Of a stretch of 60,000 nt of DNA, positions 1-12,904 are shown piece by piece; within the stretch, counting starts at the first letter, position 1, and the number at the start of each line of letters is the position of its first letter. The translations under genes and the position numbers were made by a program. This stretch comes from Squalus acanthias. Lineage: Eukaryota. The notes under the pieces were generated by a model. The model was not told the origin of the DNA and searched no databases. It saw only the letters and a program-made list of their open reading frames with translations. The stretch lies in contig CM059431.1 in assembly GCA_030390025.1 (NCBI GenBank), positions 154,382,001-154,442,000 of the forward strand, given 5' to 3'.

Positions 1-640
1 ATCCCTGAAGGTAGCAGGACAGGTAGATACGGTGGTTAAGTAGGCATACGGGATACTTTCCTGTATTGACCGAAGCATAGAATATAAGTGCAGGGAGGTT
101 ATGTTTGAACTGTATAAAACACTAGTTAGGCTACAGCTAAGTACTGAGAACAGTTCTGGTCACTACATTACAGAAAAGATGTGATTGCACTAGAGAGAGT
201 ACAGAGGAGATATACGAGGATGTTGCCAAGACTGGAGAATATTAGTTATGAGGGATAATTTTCTTTGGAACAGAGGGGGCTGAGGGGAGCTTTAATTGAC
301 GTGTATAGTATTATGAGAGGTTTAGATAGAGTGGATAGGAAGCACCTATTTCCCTAAGCAGAGAGGCATAGATTTAAGGTAATTGGTGGAATGATTAGAG
401 GGGATTTGAGGAGAAAAGTTTTCACCCGAAGGGTTGTGGGGCCTGGGAATCACTGCGTTAAAGGCTGGTAGAGGCAGAAAACTCTCATCGCATTTAAAAA
501 GTACGTGGATATGCACTTGAAGTTCCGCAACCTACAAGGATATAATGCTATGAAACAGGAGCTGGTAAGTGGGTTTAGGCGGGATAGCTTTTTTTCGGCC
601 GACACAGACACGATGGGTCGAATAGCTTCCTTGTGTGCTG
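1..640 (+). mobile_element. CR1 LINE 3' fragment (degenerate RT C-terminus and 3' end)
   Basis: Decayed coding similarity to the C-terminus of the intact ORF2 at 23304-26255 (LYKTLVR, QFWSLHYRKDVIALERVQRR). Confidence 0.85.
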
Positions 641-1039
641 TAATCTTCTCTAGGAACTTCTATGCTGCCGTTAAACCAACGGATTTTGAACGTGGTTTTG
701 TGTTTGGCCAAGGATTTATTCCAGTAGCGTTTTAATGCCGATTATGTGCACATTAAATTTTGTGATACATGTTTGTTCGGATCAAAAAGTCTTTCGAAAT
801 TAATTTTTAAAACTATGCTTTAATATCAATCAATGCAGAAGTAAAAGGTGGGCGGCAGGCAAGTCATAAATGCAAGTACACGGGAGCGTTACAGAGAAAC
901 CAAACGTCCCATAGCGTTTTAATCCCAGTCTTTAAATGTGCAAGCTATTCTTTCGGTGCTCGCCTCTTGCCGGAGTGCAGTCCCGTTTGCCACAGTGAAC
1001 ACCTCCCTCCCGCTCTCCATCCTACACCTGCAGCCCATG

Positions 1040-1330
1040 TGACGACCTGTGAAACATCTTCGATCACACATTAGCCCGATGGCATCACGGCTGACAGGTG
1101 ACGTATGTCGCTCCGACCAGCCCACAGACCGAGAGCAGTTTCGGCACGGGGAAGCCATTCAGCACCCGCCACTTCTCACTTGCTATTGGTTCATCCACAG
1201 GACCCCGATCCCTTGCTATTGGTTAGTGTCGACGCCAGTCACAGGTGGTAGGGCGTTGATTGTTGGAGCGGGCTGTCGGTCAGGGCTGGTGAGGCCCCGC
1301 CCCTCTCCCTAATCGTATCCTTTCCTTTTG
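1040..1330. promoter_or_regulatory. Possible promoter-like CpG-rich patch
   Basis: Two copies of CTTGCTATTGGTT (inverted CCAAT) about 34 bp apart, GC box GGCCCCGCCCC near 1292, CRE-like GTGACGTA near 1098. Motifs only; no transcript evidence. Confidence 0.3.
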
Positions 1331-2412
1331 CTCTGTTATTAAAGCCCCAGCTGTGAGACTGAGCGGAGTGCGCGGTCGATTTATATTATTGTGGGGCACA
1401 GCCAAGCTTGCTACGTGGCTGCTCCCGCGCAACATAGAGGGAACATAGACTGGCACCTGTACAAGAACAGGAGGGACGTTTACCCGTGGGAAAGGTTGCT
1501 TATGCAAAGGCTGGCTAGGTCCCATCGGAAATGATGACCAGGCTGATAATGTAAACTAATAAATGGGAAAAGGACTGCGTCAAAAACAGTGGTAAGATGA
1601 TAGCATTTTTTTTTCTCAAAAAGCTAGAAGAAAGCATTTCAGGTCACAAATAGTGACAGAGATTCTAAACGTGAAGGGAATCCTAAAATAACTGAAGTTG
1701 TTACAGCAGGCGTGAAATATAAGGAACATGTTCAGTTAAACTCTTTATGAAAGAGACCATCAGGACAGAAGAACAGGTTATGTCTCTAGCCCAAAAAGTG
1801 TCTTATATACTGTCGCACGGAGTATAAGAAATACATTGAGTGACTGAGAGGCTCAAATACTGCTTAGAGGGTATCCCATGTTGGGCATTACTGAGCGGTG
1901 GCTGCAAACTGGTCTTCATTGGGATTTAATTAGTGCATGTTACGAGGTCTTTAACAACGATGGGGAATCTGGAATCTATACAGGATTACATAGGTTATAC
2001 GGCACAAAAACAGGCCATTTAGCCCAACCAGTCCATGCCAGCGTTTATGCTGCACTCAAGCCTCCTCCGTCTTTCCTTATATAACTCAGTCATATTAACC
2101 CACTGTTCCCTTCTCCCTCATATACTTATCTAGCCTTCCCTTAAATGCATCTATACTTTTTGCCTTAACAACTACCTATGGTAGCGAGTCCATCATTCTC
2201 AACAATCTCTGGGTAAAGAAGTTTCTTCTGAATTCCCTATTTGATTTATTTGTGAATATCTTACATTGATGGCCGCTAGTTATGCTCTTCCCCACAAGTG
2301 GAAACATTCTCTCTGCATGCACTTTATCAAAACCTTTCATAATTTTAAAGACCTCAATTATGTCACTCCTCAGCCTTCTTTTTTCAAGCGAAGAGAGACC
2401 CAGCCTGTTCAT

Positions 2413-5400
2413 GAGAACATAAGAAATAGGAGCAGGAATACGCCACTTGGCCCCTCGAGCCTGCTCCGCCATTCAATAAGATCATGTGTGATCTAGGACT
2501 CAAAGCCACTTCCCAGCCCGCTCCCCATGACCCTTCACTCCCTTATCTTGCAAAAATGTGTCTATCTCCACTTTAAATGAATTTAATGACCCAGCCTTCA
2601 CAGCTCTCTGGGGCAGAGAATTCCACAAATTTACCACCCTCTGAGAGAGGAAGTTCCTCCTCAATTCAGTTCTAAAATGGCGACCCTTTATTCTGAGACT
2701 GTGTCCCCGAGTTCTAGATTTCCCCATGAGGGTAAACATCCTCTCTGCATCTACCCTGTCGAGCCCCCTCAGTATCTTATATGTTTCGATAAGAGCACCT
2801 CTCATTGTAATAAATTCCAATGAGTATAGGCCCAACCTGCTCAACCTTTCCTCATAAGTCAAACAACTCATCTCTGGAATTAACATAGCGTATCTTCTCT
2901 GAACTGCCTCCAATGCAAGTATATCCTTCCTTAAATAAGGAGACTAAAACTGTACGCAGTACTCAAGGTGCGGTTTCAGCAATACCTTGTACAGTTGTAG
3001 CAGGACTTCGCTGCTTTGATACTCTAACCCCCTTGAAAAAAAGGCCAACATTCCATTTGCCTTTTTGATTACTTGTTGCACCTGCATGCTGACTTTTTTT
3101 TCATGCACAAGGACCCCCAGGTCCCTCTGAACTGTAGCATTGTGTAATCTCTCTCCAGTTAAATAATAGCTTGCGTTTTTACTTTTCCTGCCAAAGAGAA
3201 TAACCTCGCACTTTCCCACGTTATACTCAATCTGCCAATTCTTTGCCCACTCACCTAGCCTGTCAATATCCCTTTGCAGATTATTTGAGTACTCTGCACA
3301 ACTTGCTTTCCCACCCATCTTTGTGTCATCCGCAAACTTGACTAAATTACACTCGACCCCTTCATCCAAATCATTACTGTAGATTATAAATAGTTAGGGC
3401 CCTAACACCGAACCTTGTGGGACCCCACTATTTACCGTTTGCCAACCAGAATGTGTCACATTTATCCCGACTCTCTGCTTTCTGTTACTTAGCCAATTCA
3501 CTATCTATGCTAATATATTACCCCCAACTCCATGAGCTCTTATCTTATGCAGTAACCTTTTATGTGGCACCTTATTGAATGCCTTATGGAATTCCAAATA
3601 CACCACATCCACTGGCTCATCGTTTTGCACCCTGCTTGTTACATCCTCAAAGAACTCCAGCAAATTTGTTAAACATGATTTTCCTTTCCTAAACCATGCT
3701 GACTCTGTTTGACTGCAGTATGTTTTTCTAAATGCCCTGCTACTGTTTGCTTAATGAAGGACCCCAGCATTTTCCGAACGACAGATGTTAGGCTAACTGG
3801 TCTATAGTTTCCTGCTTTCTGTCTCCCTCCTTTCTTAAATAGGGGTGTTACAGTAGCGGTTTTCCAATCCAGTGGGATCTCTCCAGATTCCAGGGAATTT
3901 TGGTATATTGCAACGAATGCATCCACTATCTCTGCAGCCACTTCTTTTAAGACCCTGGGATGCAGGCCACTGGTCCAGGGGACTTGTCGTCTTTTAGTCC
4001 CATTATTTTATCGAGTAGTAATTCCTTAGTGATAGTTATTGTCGTTATTTCCCCACTCCCTGTGGCCCCTTGATTATCCATTATTGGGATGTTGTTAGTG
4101 TCTTCTGCAGTGAAGACGCATGCAAAATATTTGTTCAGAATCCTTGCCGTTTCCCCGTACACCCTTATTAATTGCCCTGTCTCATCCTCTAAGGAACCAA
4201 CGTTTACTTTAGCTATCAACTTCCTTTTTATATGCCTGTAGAAGCTCTTGCAATATTTTTTAATGTTTCTTGCAAAATTATTCTCATAATTCATCTTCTC
4301 TCTCTTTATTATTTTTTTAGTCATCCTTTGCTGTTTTTTTTTAAATGTCCAATCCTCTGGTCTCCCAGCAATCTTGGCAACACTGTATGCCTTCGTTTTC
4401 AATTCCATACCATTCTTTACTTCCTTAGTTAGCCACGGATGGTGCTCACTTCTCTTAAAATCTTTCTTTCTCAACAGGATATATTTTTGTTGAGAGTTAT
4501 GAAATATCTTCTTAAATGTCCGCCACTGCATTTCAACTTTCTTACCCTTTAATTTGTTTTTCCAGTCCACTTTAGCCAGTTCTGCCCTCATGCCATTATA
4601 ATTGCTTATGTTTAAGATCAGGACACTCGTTTGGGATACAACTTTCTCGCCCTCCGACTGAATTTGAAATTCAACCATGCTATGATCACTCTTTCCCAGT
4701 GGATCTTTTACTATGAGATCATTTATTAATTCTGTCTCATTACTTAGTACCAGATCCAAGATAGCCTGCTCCCTGGTTGGTTCCATTAAATACTGTTCTC
4801 GGAAAACATCCCGGATGCACTCGATGAACTCCTCCTCTAGGCTGCCATTGCCAATTTGATTTGCCAATCAATATGCAGATTAAAATCACCCAAGATTATT
4901 TCCGTACCTTTTTTACAGGCCTCCATTATTTGTTGAAATATACTCTGTCCAACAGCTTTGCTATTGTTCGGGGGCCTGTAGACTAAGCGCAGCAGAGACA
5001 TTTTCCCCTTAATATTTTTTATCTCCACCCAAACCGATTCTACATCTTGATCTTCTCAGCCAATATCACTTCTCACCACTGTACTGATCCCATATTTTAC
5101 CAACAAAGCCACCACACCTCCCTTTCCTTTCTTTCCATCCTTCCGAATTATCTTATACCCTGGAATACTCATTTCCCAGCCCTGGTCGCCTTCCAACCAC
5201 GTCTCTGTAATGGCGATCAGATCATACCAATTTGTAACTATTTGTGCTGTCAACTCAGTTATCTTTTTACGAATGCTGTGTGCATTCAGACGTAGAGCTT
5301 TGAACTTTGTCATTTTACCAATTTTCCTTGTTTTCGCCTTTTTTCTGTTACACCCTTATTTTTAAACATTCTGTCCCATCCTGTCACGCTCTGGTTATTA

Positions 5401-6850
5401 TTTTACCCATCTCTAGCCTGCTCTATTGCTTTCTCATTTCTCATTGACTTTTTATTTTCCTGCTCCCCTGGATCCGCGCCCCACTTTTTACTTTCAAGCC
5501 CTCTATGCAGCCTTAATTATTCGATTTGCCAGGACTCTAGCCCCAACATGGTTCAATTAAAGCCCGTCCAAAAGGAACAGCCCCCTCTTTTCCCAATACT
5601 TTCGCCAGTGCCCCAGAAATCGAAATCCATTTCTCCCACACCACTCTATGAGCCACTCCTTCATTTCACTGATCATATTTGAACTATGCAAACTCGCTCG
5701 TGGCTCAGGTACTAATCCAGAGATTATTACCTTTGTGGTTCTGCTTTTTAATTTAGCCCCGAGCTGCTCATACTCTCTCATCAGAAACTCTTTATTGTCC
5801 TATCTATGTCATTGGTACCTACGTGGACCATGACAACTGGATCTTCCCCCTCCCACTCCAAGTTTCTTTCCAGCACAGAGGAGCTGTCCTTAACACTGGC
5901 ACCGGGCAGGCAACACAGCCTTCGGTACTCACGCTCTCGGCTGCAGAGAACAGTATCTTTCCTCCTCACTATTATGTCCCCAATCACTACGACATTTTGT
6001 TCCCCCGACTTGAATGGCTCCCGGTCCAACGGTGCTGTGGTCAGTTTGCTCATCCTCACTGCAATCCCTGGCCTCGTCCACACAGGGAGCGAGAATCTCG
6101 TATCTGTTGGACAAGGCCTAGGGCTGAGACTCCTCCACCACTACCTCCTGGATCCCAATACCTGCCTCGCTTGTAGTCACAACCTCCTGTCCCTGACCAT
6201 GGGCCAAATTGGAATTAATTATTCTAGTGTGTGTGACTGCCTCCTGGAACATAGCGACCAGGTAATGCTCCCCCTCCCTAATATGTCGCAGTGTCTGGAG
6301 CTCGGACTCCAGCTCATCAACTCTGAGCCGAAGTTCCTCGAGCAGCCAACATTTGCTGCAGATGGGATCGCCATGGACTTCAATGGTGTCCACGAGCTCC
6401 CACATGCAACAACAACAACAACACATTGCCAGGTCTTCCATCTCAATTAATTAATTATAAAATTTGGAACACTTACATATTTTAAATAACACCAAGGCAC
6501 ATAAATTTAGACGCTCAAGTTTGAAAAAAAAGCGAGAAATAGAGAAATACTCACCAACCAATCCCTTACCTCCTTTACGGTGATGTCACATTTCGTTAAT
6601 TTTTTACTTCTTTACACTCACTGGTCCTTTGTATCTCAACATCTCCCTCTGCTTTTGAACACTCCCGAGTTTTGGCGCTGTCGCTCTACTCCCGCTGCTT
6701 TTGAACTCTCCCAGGTTTTGTCGCTCTCGCTCTGCACCCGCTGCTTTTGAAATCACCCGGATTTTGACGCTCTCGCTCAGCTCCCCGCTGCTTTTGGACT
6801 CTCCCGGGTTTTGGCGCTTCAGCTCTGCTCCTGCTGCTTTTGAACTCTCC
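2413..6850 (-). mobile_element. Full-length degenerate CR1 LINE (E1): 5' 46-bp repeats, ORF1, ORF2, TTCTTATG-type tail
   Basis: ORF1 pieces 6118-6441, 5781-6083, 5557-5781 (Cys motif, coiled coil, esterase GTND). ORF2 pieces 5056-5313, 3947-4867, 2944-3369 (FADD), 2500-2913. Confidence 0.92.
6649..6850 (-). repeat. Tandem 46-47 bp monomers (about 4.4 copies) at the 5' end of CR1 E1
   Basis: CTGCTTTTG recurs at 6649, 6695, 6741, 6788, 6834. Confidence 0.9.
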
Positions 6851-7639
6851 TATCATACCTTCCTGATAGTCGCAACCTCGCATTTCTGGTAGCATACTTT
6901 TAAATCTTCTCTGCACCCATCTCCAGTGCCTCTATATCCTATTTATAATATGGCGATCAGAATTGTACACAGTACTCGAAGTGAGATCGAACCACGGTTC
7001 GATAAAAGTTTAGCTACTTTCACTACTTTTCAATTCTGTCCCTCTAGAAATAAACCCATGTGTCTGGTTTGCTTTTTTATGGCCTTGTTAACCTGTATCA
7101 TAACTTTTACTGATTTGTGTATTCATAGCCCGAGATCCATTTGCTCCCCTACCCCATCCAGTCTCGCACCCTCCAAGTAATATGTGTCCCCCGAATCTTC
7201 CTACCAAAATGTAATACCTCACATTTAACTGTGTTGAATTTCGTTTGCCAATTATATGCCCATTCTGCAAGTTTATTAACGTCTTCCTGTAATTTGTTGC
7301 AATCGTCCTCAGTATGAACAATCCCCTGCTCCCCAATTGGGTGTCATCCGCATAGTTACAAATTGTGTTTTTGATTCTAAAGTCTAAATCGTTAATATAA
7401 ACTGTGAACAACAGTGGTCGCAGTACTGATCCCTGTGGAACATCACTACCCAACTTCAGCCTCTGTGAATGGCTACCCTTTACACCTTCTCTCTGCTTCT
7501 CTGGCCTTATTCATTAGTCTATTATGTGGTACTTCATCGAATGCCCTCGAAAAATCCAGATAAACCATGTTCACTGAACAACCCCTGCCAATTTTCCAAG
7601 TTAACTCTTCAAAAAATTCATTGAGATTGGTCAAGCAAG

Positions 7640-8262
7640 AGGGTTTGAGTACAGGAACAAGGATGTCTTGCTGCAGTTGTACAGGGCCTTGGTGAGACCA
7701 CACCTTGAGTACTGTGTGCAGTTTTGGTCGCCTTATCTGAGGAAGGATGTTCTTGCCATGGAAGGAGTTCAGCGAAGATTTACAAGGCTGATACCTGAGA
7801 TGGCAGGAATGACGTGTGTAGAGAGATTGGATCGATTAGGCTTATACTCGCTGGAGATTAGAAGAATGAGAGGTGATCTCATTGAAACTTATACATTTCT
7901 GACAGGACAGGATAAACTAGATGCAGGAAGGATGTTCCCGATGGTCGGGGAGTCCAGATCCAGAGGTCACAGTCTAAGGATAAGGGGTAAGCCATTTAGG
8001 ACAGAAATGAGGAGGAATTTCTTCACCCAGAGAGTGGTGAACCTGTGGAATTATCTGCCACAGAAGGCAGTAGAGGTCAATTCATTAAATAGATTCAAGA
8101 AGGAGTTGGATATATTTCTTAAGGCTAAAGGGATCAAGGGATATGAGGAGAGAGCAGGGACAGTGTACTGAATTTGGATGATCAGCCATGATCGCATTGA
8201 ATGGCGGAGCATGCTAGAGGGGCCGAATGGCCTACTCCTGCTCCTATCTTCTATGATTCTAT
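7640..8262 (+). mobile_element. 5'-truncated CR1 LINE
   Basis: ORF 7668-8171 is the CR1 ORF2 C-terminus, followed by 3' UTR and TTCTATGA tail. Interrupts host CR1 at CAAGCAAGA/ACTTTCCC. Confidence 0.92.
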
Positions 8263-9254
8263 AAACTTTCCCTGTTGAAATCCATGCTGACTATTTCTTA
8301 TTATTTTTTTTGTTTTCTAGATGTTCTACTGTTTTCTCTTGTAGTAGGGATTACATTACTTTCCCTATCACTGATGTTAAGATGACTGCTGTATAGTTAC
8401 CTGGGAATGTTCTATCGCCCTTCTTATATTTATTGGTACTATGTTAGCTATCCGCCAGTCCTCTGGCACTATACCTTTTTTAATGAATTTTTAAGTATGT
8501 GTAGTAATGCCTCTGCTATCCCTTCCATAGATTCTTTTAAATTTCGTGGATGTAATCCATCCAGAGCAGGGTTTTTTTTATCCTCATTGAGTTTGATTAA
8601 TTTATTTAACATAGCCCCTCTTTTTATTTTAAATGCAGTTATTTCATTAGTAATCTCATGATCCAATTTCGTCATATCTTCCTGGTAAATACTGACGCAA
8701 AGTAATTATTTAATATTCCTGCAATCTATCTATCACTGCCTGTTTAAATTATCCTGTCCATCCCTTCCGGCCCTATTCCCATCTCGACCGTCCTTTTTTA
8801 ATTGATGAGCCTGTAAAGAATGTTGCTATTTTGTTTTATGTTCTTTGATAATTTATTTCATAGTTCCACTTTGCCTTCCTGATTGAGTTTTTGACTTCTT
8901 TCCTAATCTCTTCGTATTTTCCTTTATCATGCTCTCCCCTGCTGACCATGTGCATAATTTATGCCTCTTTCCTTATCCTCAGTATTTCACTTATAGCTTT
9001 ATTCATCCGTGGTGTGTGATTAGTGTTTAGCTTGTGCATGACTTTTAGCGAAATAAATTTTTCCTGGACTCTGTTGAGCACTGTTTTCAATGATTGTCAT
9101 TGCTGTTCTAAATCATTGTTTGTCAATATTGCTGTCCATTTTATTTTCACAAGTTCTATTCTCAGCCCCTTAAAAATCAGCTTCTCCCAATCTATTACGC
9201 TGGTCTTCGTTATACTTATGTCCTTCTCAATTACTATTTAAAGTGCATTATGAT

Positions 9255-9985
9255 GGCCCGTAATCTCCGATAGGAGGCTTCCTGTGTGCGGATGCCTCCT
9301 ATCGGAAAAAATCTACGCCCTTTCTGAGGTCTCCCGAGGTCCGGACACTTCCACTCCTGGGCCTCTCCAAAGTCGAAATGCGCAGGGCCCATGTATCCCA
9401 GAGGCACATGCAGTTCGCAAGCGTCCCTGGGATCAGGTGGACCAGGCCAGACAATACGGGAAGAAAATCTCCATTCAAACAATGACAGATAGATCTGTCA
9501 AATATATGAATGCAGATCACCCCAAAAACACAGTGAAGCATTAAATTAATTTAAAAAATACCATCACGTTTTTAAAATGAGTTAAATCTACAATAAGTTA
9601 AATATTTTAAACAAAAATTTAATTTTTTGAAAAAAATAATTGAAGTTTTTTACTTACGTTTTTAAAAGTATTTTTAAATTATAAATGAGTGAAAACAGTT
9701 ATTTTAAACTTTTTTTCAACTCTTATGCTGTTAAAAGCAAGCCTTACACCTGCTTTTACCAGGCGTAAAAATTCTAAGTGGTTTCTGCGGGCGGAGCTTC
9801 TGCAGAAATTGGAACTCTCCCTCCCCAGAGGCCCTTCTCGAAGGCAGGCGTCCGAACTGCCAAGAGCATTCTTGCCAGATTGGAAATGCCTGTTATCAGT
9901 ACATGTGCTTCGCATGCCTGAAACCGGCAATTCCGATGTCCCTACACAGTCCGTACACACTCGTTGGCATCAGAAACTACGAGCC
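9255..9985. mobile_element. MITE copy M1 (TIR-bounded non-autonomous DNA element)
   Basis: Ends GGCCCGTAATCTCCGA and TCAGAAACTACGAGCC are imperfect inverted repeats. GC-rich arms, AT-rich centre. Interrupts a CR1. Flanks GAT/ATT. Confidence 0.8.
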
Positions 9986-11865
9986 ATTATGTTCACTATT
10001 GCCTAGATGTTCAACTACTTCTACTTCTCTTATCTGCTCTGGTTCATTCCCCATTACTTATTCAATAGCGAATCCTCCACTGTTGTGCTTTTTACATATT
10101 GGGTTAAAAAGGAGACCTTTACACATTGCAGGAACTCCATTCCGTTCTTTAATTTACCTACATCTTCTGTCCACTTAATACTGGGGTAGTAGAAATCCGA
10201 CGTGATTATTATTCTGTTTTTTACACATTTCCATAATGTATTTCCATATTTATTCTTCCACTTCCCTTGCACTATTAGTTGCTCTGCAGACTACCTCTAA
10301 TAGTCTGATTGATTATTTCTCTTCTTTATGTCGATCCAAATGGATTCTATTTCTGTCTTGCTGATAGCTGCGTCCCTTTTTTGTACGAGCATTATGTTAT
10401 CCCTGGTAAGTACCGCTACTCCAACTCCCCTTTCTCCCTCTCTATCTTTTCTAAATATGTTATACCCTGCAATGTTTAATTCCCAGTCCTGATTTTTCTG
10501 CAACCATGCCTCAGTAACCCTACTATGGCTTGTTCCTCGCAATGCATGATTGCCTCCTGCTCCCCTGTTTTATTTCGGACACTGTGTGCATTGATGTACA
10601 GAAAGTTAAACAAAATTTTAATAGCAGTTAGTTTCACGTTATTTTAACCATCTTTTTACACTCCTGTTCTATAAATCCATTTATTTCCTGGCCATCAATG
10701 TCCACACTTACTTTATTCTTCCCTATGCTCATAAGGAAATAGCAGACTGATTGATTAATTAGTTATATGGGACCAGGATAATATACCTGATTCTGGGTAA
10801 AGTAATAATGATTCAAGGAATTAAATCACTAAATTAATGCAAGCAGGAAAACAGCATTAGAAAATATAATGATACTAAAGTCTGACAAATCCCTGGGAAC
10901 CGTTGGTTTCTATCTCAGTATTTTAAAGGAATTAGGTAAGGAAATTGCAGATGTTTTAGCAACAATCTCTCGATTCAGGAAGTCCTCCATAAAGGGAACT
11001 TACCAATGTGACTATATTATTTAAGAAAGTTGAGAGAGAGCAAACAGGAAGTTATAAACCTTTACGTCCAATATTTGTTGCGGGACATTATTGGAGTCTA
11101 TAACTACGGACAGAGTGACTGAGCACTTAGAGAAATTAAAGCTGATCAGCCATGATGTCACTGAATGGCGGGATAGACTCGAGGGACTGAATGTCCTAGC
11201 CTTGTTCCGATGCTCATGACGCTAAATAGATGGATAGATGGTTAGTATCGTCGAAGACCTATCGCCCTATTTTGCCTATGCTGAAAGAGCTAACCAATTA
11301 GTCTCACTTCCCTGCTATTTCTCCATAGCACTACAATCTAGAAACAGTTCAGATTCTGTCGTTTATAATGTTTGCTGCTACTGTGCCCGAAAAAAAACCT
11401 CCGGGTAAGCGAAGCCGGAAACCGAGGCCGTGGTTTACCGAGTCTGTCCATGAATGCTGTAATATTATGGTAGCTTTGAACTAATATCAAGCTGCATATT
11501 GCAACATGGCGAGGAATTTGAAAACATGTTTTCATCCTACCGTGTGAATTTGGTAACGGGAGGATTCCATCTATAATTATTGGGGGTAACTATAACTTTT
11601 AAAGCGCGCAATATAGGACGCCCAGTTGAGAAATTATTCACTGCGCCTCTATCGCCCGTTTGACAGTACCGAGAAAAGATAACGTTATCCCGAGAGTGTG
11701 CTAGCACAGTTTAACTTCTATTTTAAGGCAGCGGCCAAGAGGCTACGTGGTCGCGACCGATTATCGTTTGAGCAAGAGATTGGAGGAAAAGTGGAAATGC
11801 TTTTCGAGCGGCTTTCGGCACATGTTGCTAATGGGTCGAGGCTAGATTCGCAATCCCACGCGCAT

Positions 11866-12838
11866 TTTAATGATCGTTTTCACACTCCAGCGATTCGAAT
11901 CAAAGTATACCCATTCCCTCACTTATTCGAATCACATTATATTGTAGAAAACCTGAATCCACTGTTGATAGGATTGGCGTTATTAGTTACTTTTATATTT
12001 CAACACTCTCGCCCATTCCTTTCGCTGTCCACTGCTTTCTGTTTCCTTTCTTGGCTGCCTGCTTGATCTTGGAGTTAAGAGAAACGATATGCTCAAAAAT
12101 CGTCATGCGGTAAGTATCGGATCATCCTCCCCCGTAAACATTTCAAGCACCATCCCTGCCAATAAATATTAGAAATCACTTTTATTAAGTTCAGGTAAAT
12201 AACAGCAGAGTCCCGGTAATGCGAGGAACGTCAAGATGAAGAATCAGTGCCTAAGTGGAGAAAGGAGGGAAAAGCAAAACAATGTAAATTATAATGAGGG
12301 AGTGAAGCATGAGTGGCAAAATGAAAATTAAATGAAGTGGGCAGCACCTGGAGGAAGCAGGTTTTGATACAGCAAATGATGGAAAGCGAATTGTGAAAAA
12401 AGGTAGCGTTCATGGGCTGGGAGTGGGCTGCAAAAGGCAAAGGGAATGATGAGGAGCGTGGTTTATTGCAGAACAGCTGCGTATGTGCCGGAGAGTGAAC
12501 AGAGCATGTAAATGATCTCGCCATCGGTAAAGCCCTAATACTGTATCTCATTGCAAAGGACGTTACTTTCTGTATTCTGTGTCTGGCAATAATAAACAAT
12601 GAGAAATTCCAATAAATACCAGACACGGCAAGTGCTGGAATTCTGATATTTATCTGCAAAATTATTTGATTTATTTCCGAGTAAGTATTGGCAGTGCAGT
12701 TTAATTATCGTTTTCACACTCCAGCGATTCGGAAACAAAGTATTCGCATTCCCTCGCTTATTCGATTCACATTACATTGTAGAAAACCTGAATCCACTGT
12801 TGATAGGATTGGCGTTATTAGGTACTTTTATATTTCAA
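11866..12838 (+). repeat. Pair of ~140 bp direct repeats (about 11866-12003 and 12700-12838)
   Basis: Both read TCGTTTTCACACTCCAGCGATTCG...GTAGAAAACCTGAATCCACTGTTGATAGGATTGGCGTTATTAG...ACTTTTATATTTCAA. Confidence 0.9.
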
Positions 12839-12904
12839 TGCATATATTTAAAATACGGATATTGATTCCTAAGTAAAGGGCCAATAATACAAAGATTAAC
12901 CATC

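Larger units (their letters stand above)
1975..10740 (-). mobile_element. Old CR1 LINE split by three nested insertions (pieces about 1975-2412, 6850-7640, 8263-9254, 9986-10740)
   Basis: Minus-strand ORF fragments 2176-2472, 7088-7453 (VPQGSVL, YADD), 7473-7703, 8469-8675, 10297-10542 (endonuclease TEAWL) are collinear once inserts are removed. Same family as 32195-36595. Confidence 0.85.

Noticed and set aside
5806..6450. 214-aa + strand ORF, and similar ORFs at 22534-23105 and 56797-57330
   Set aside because: Antisense shadows of CR1 ORF1 with non-conserved boundaries between copies.
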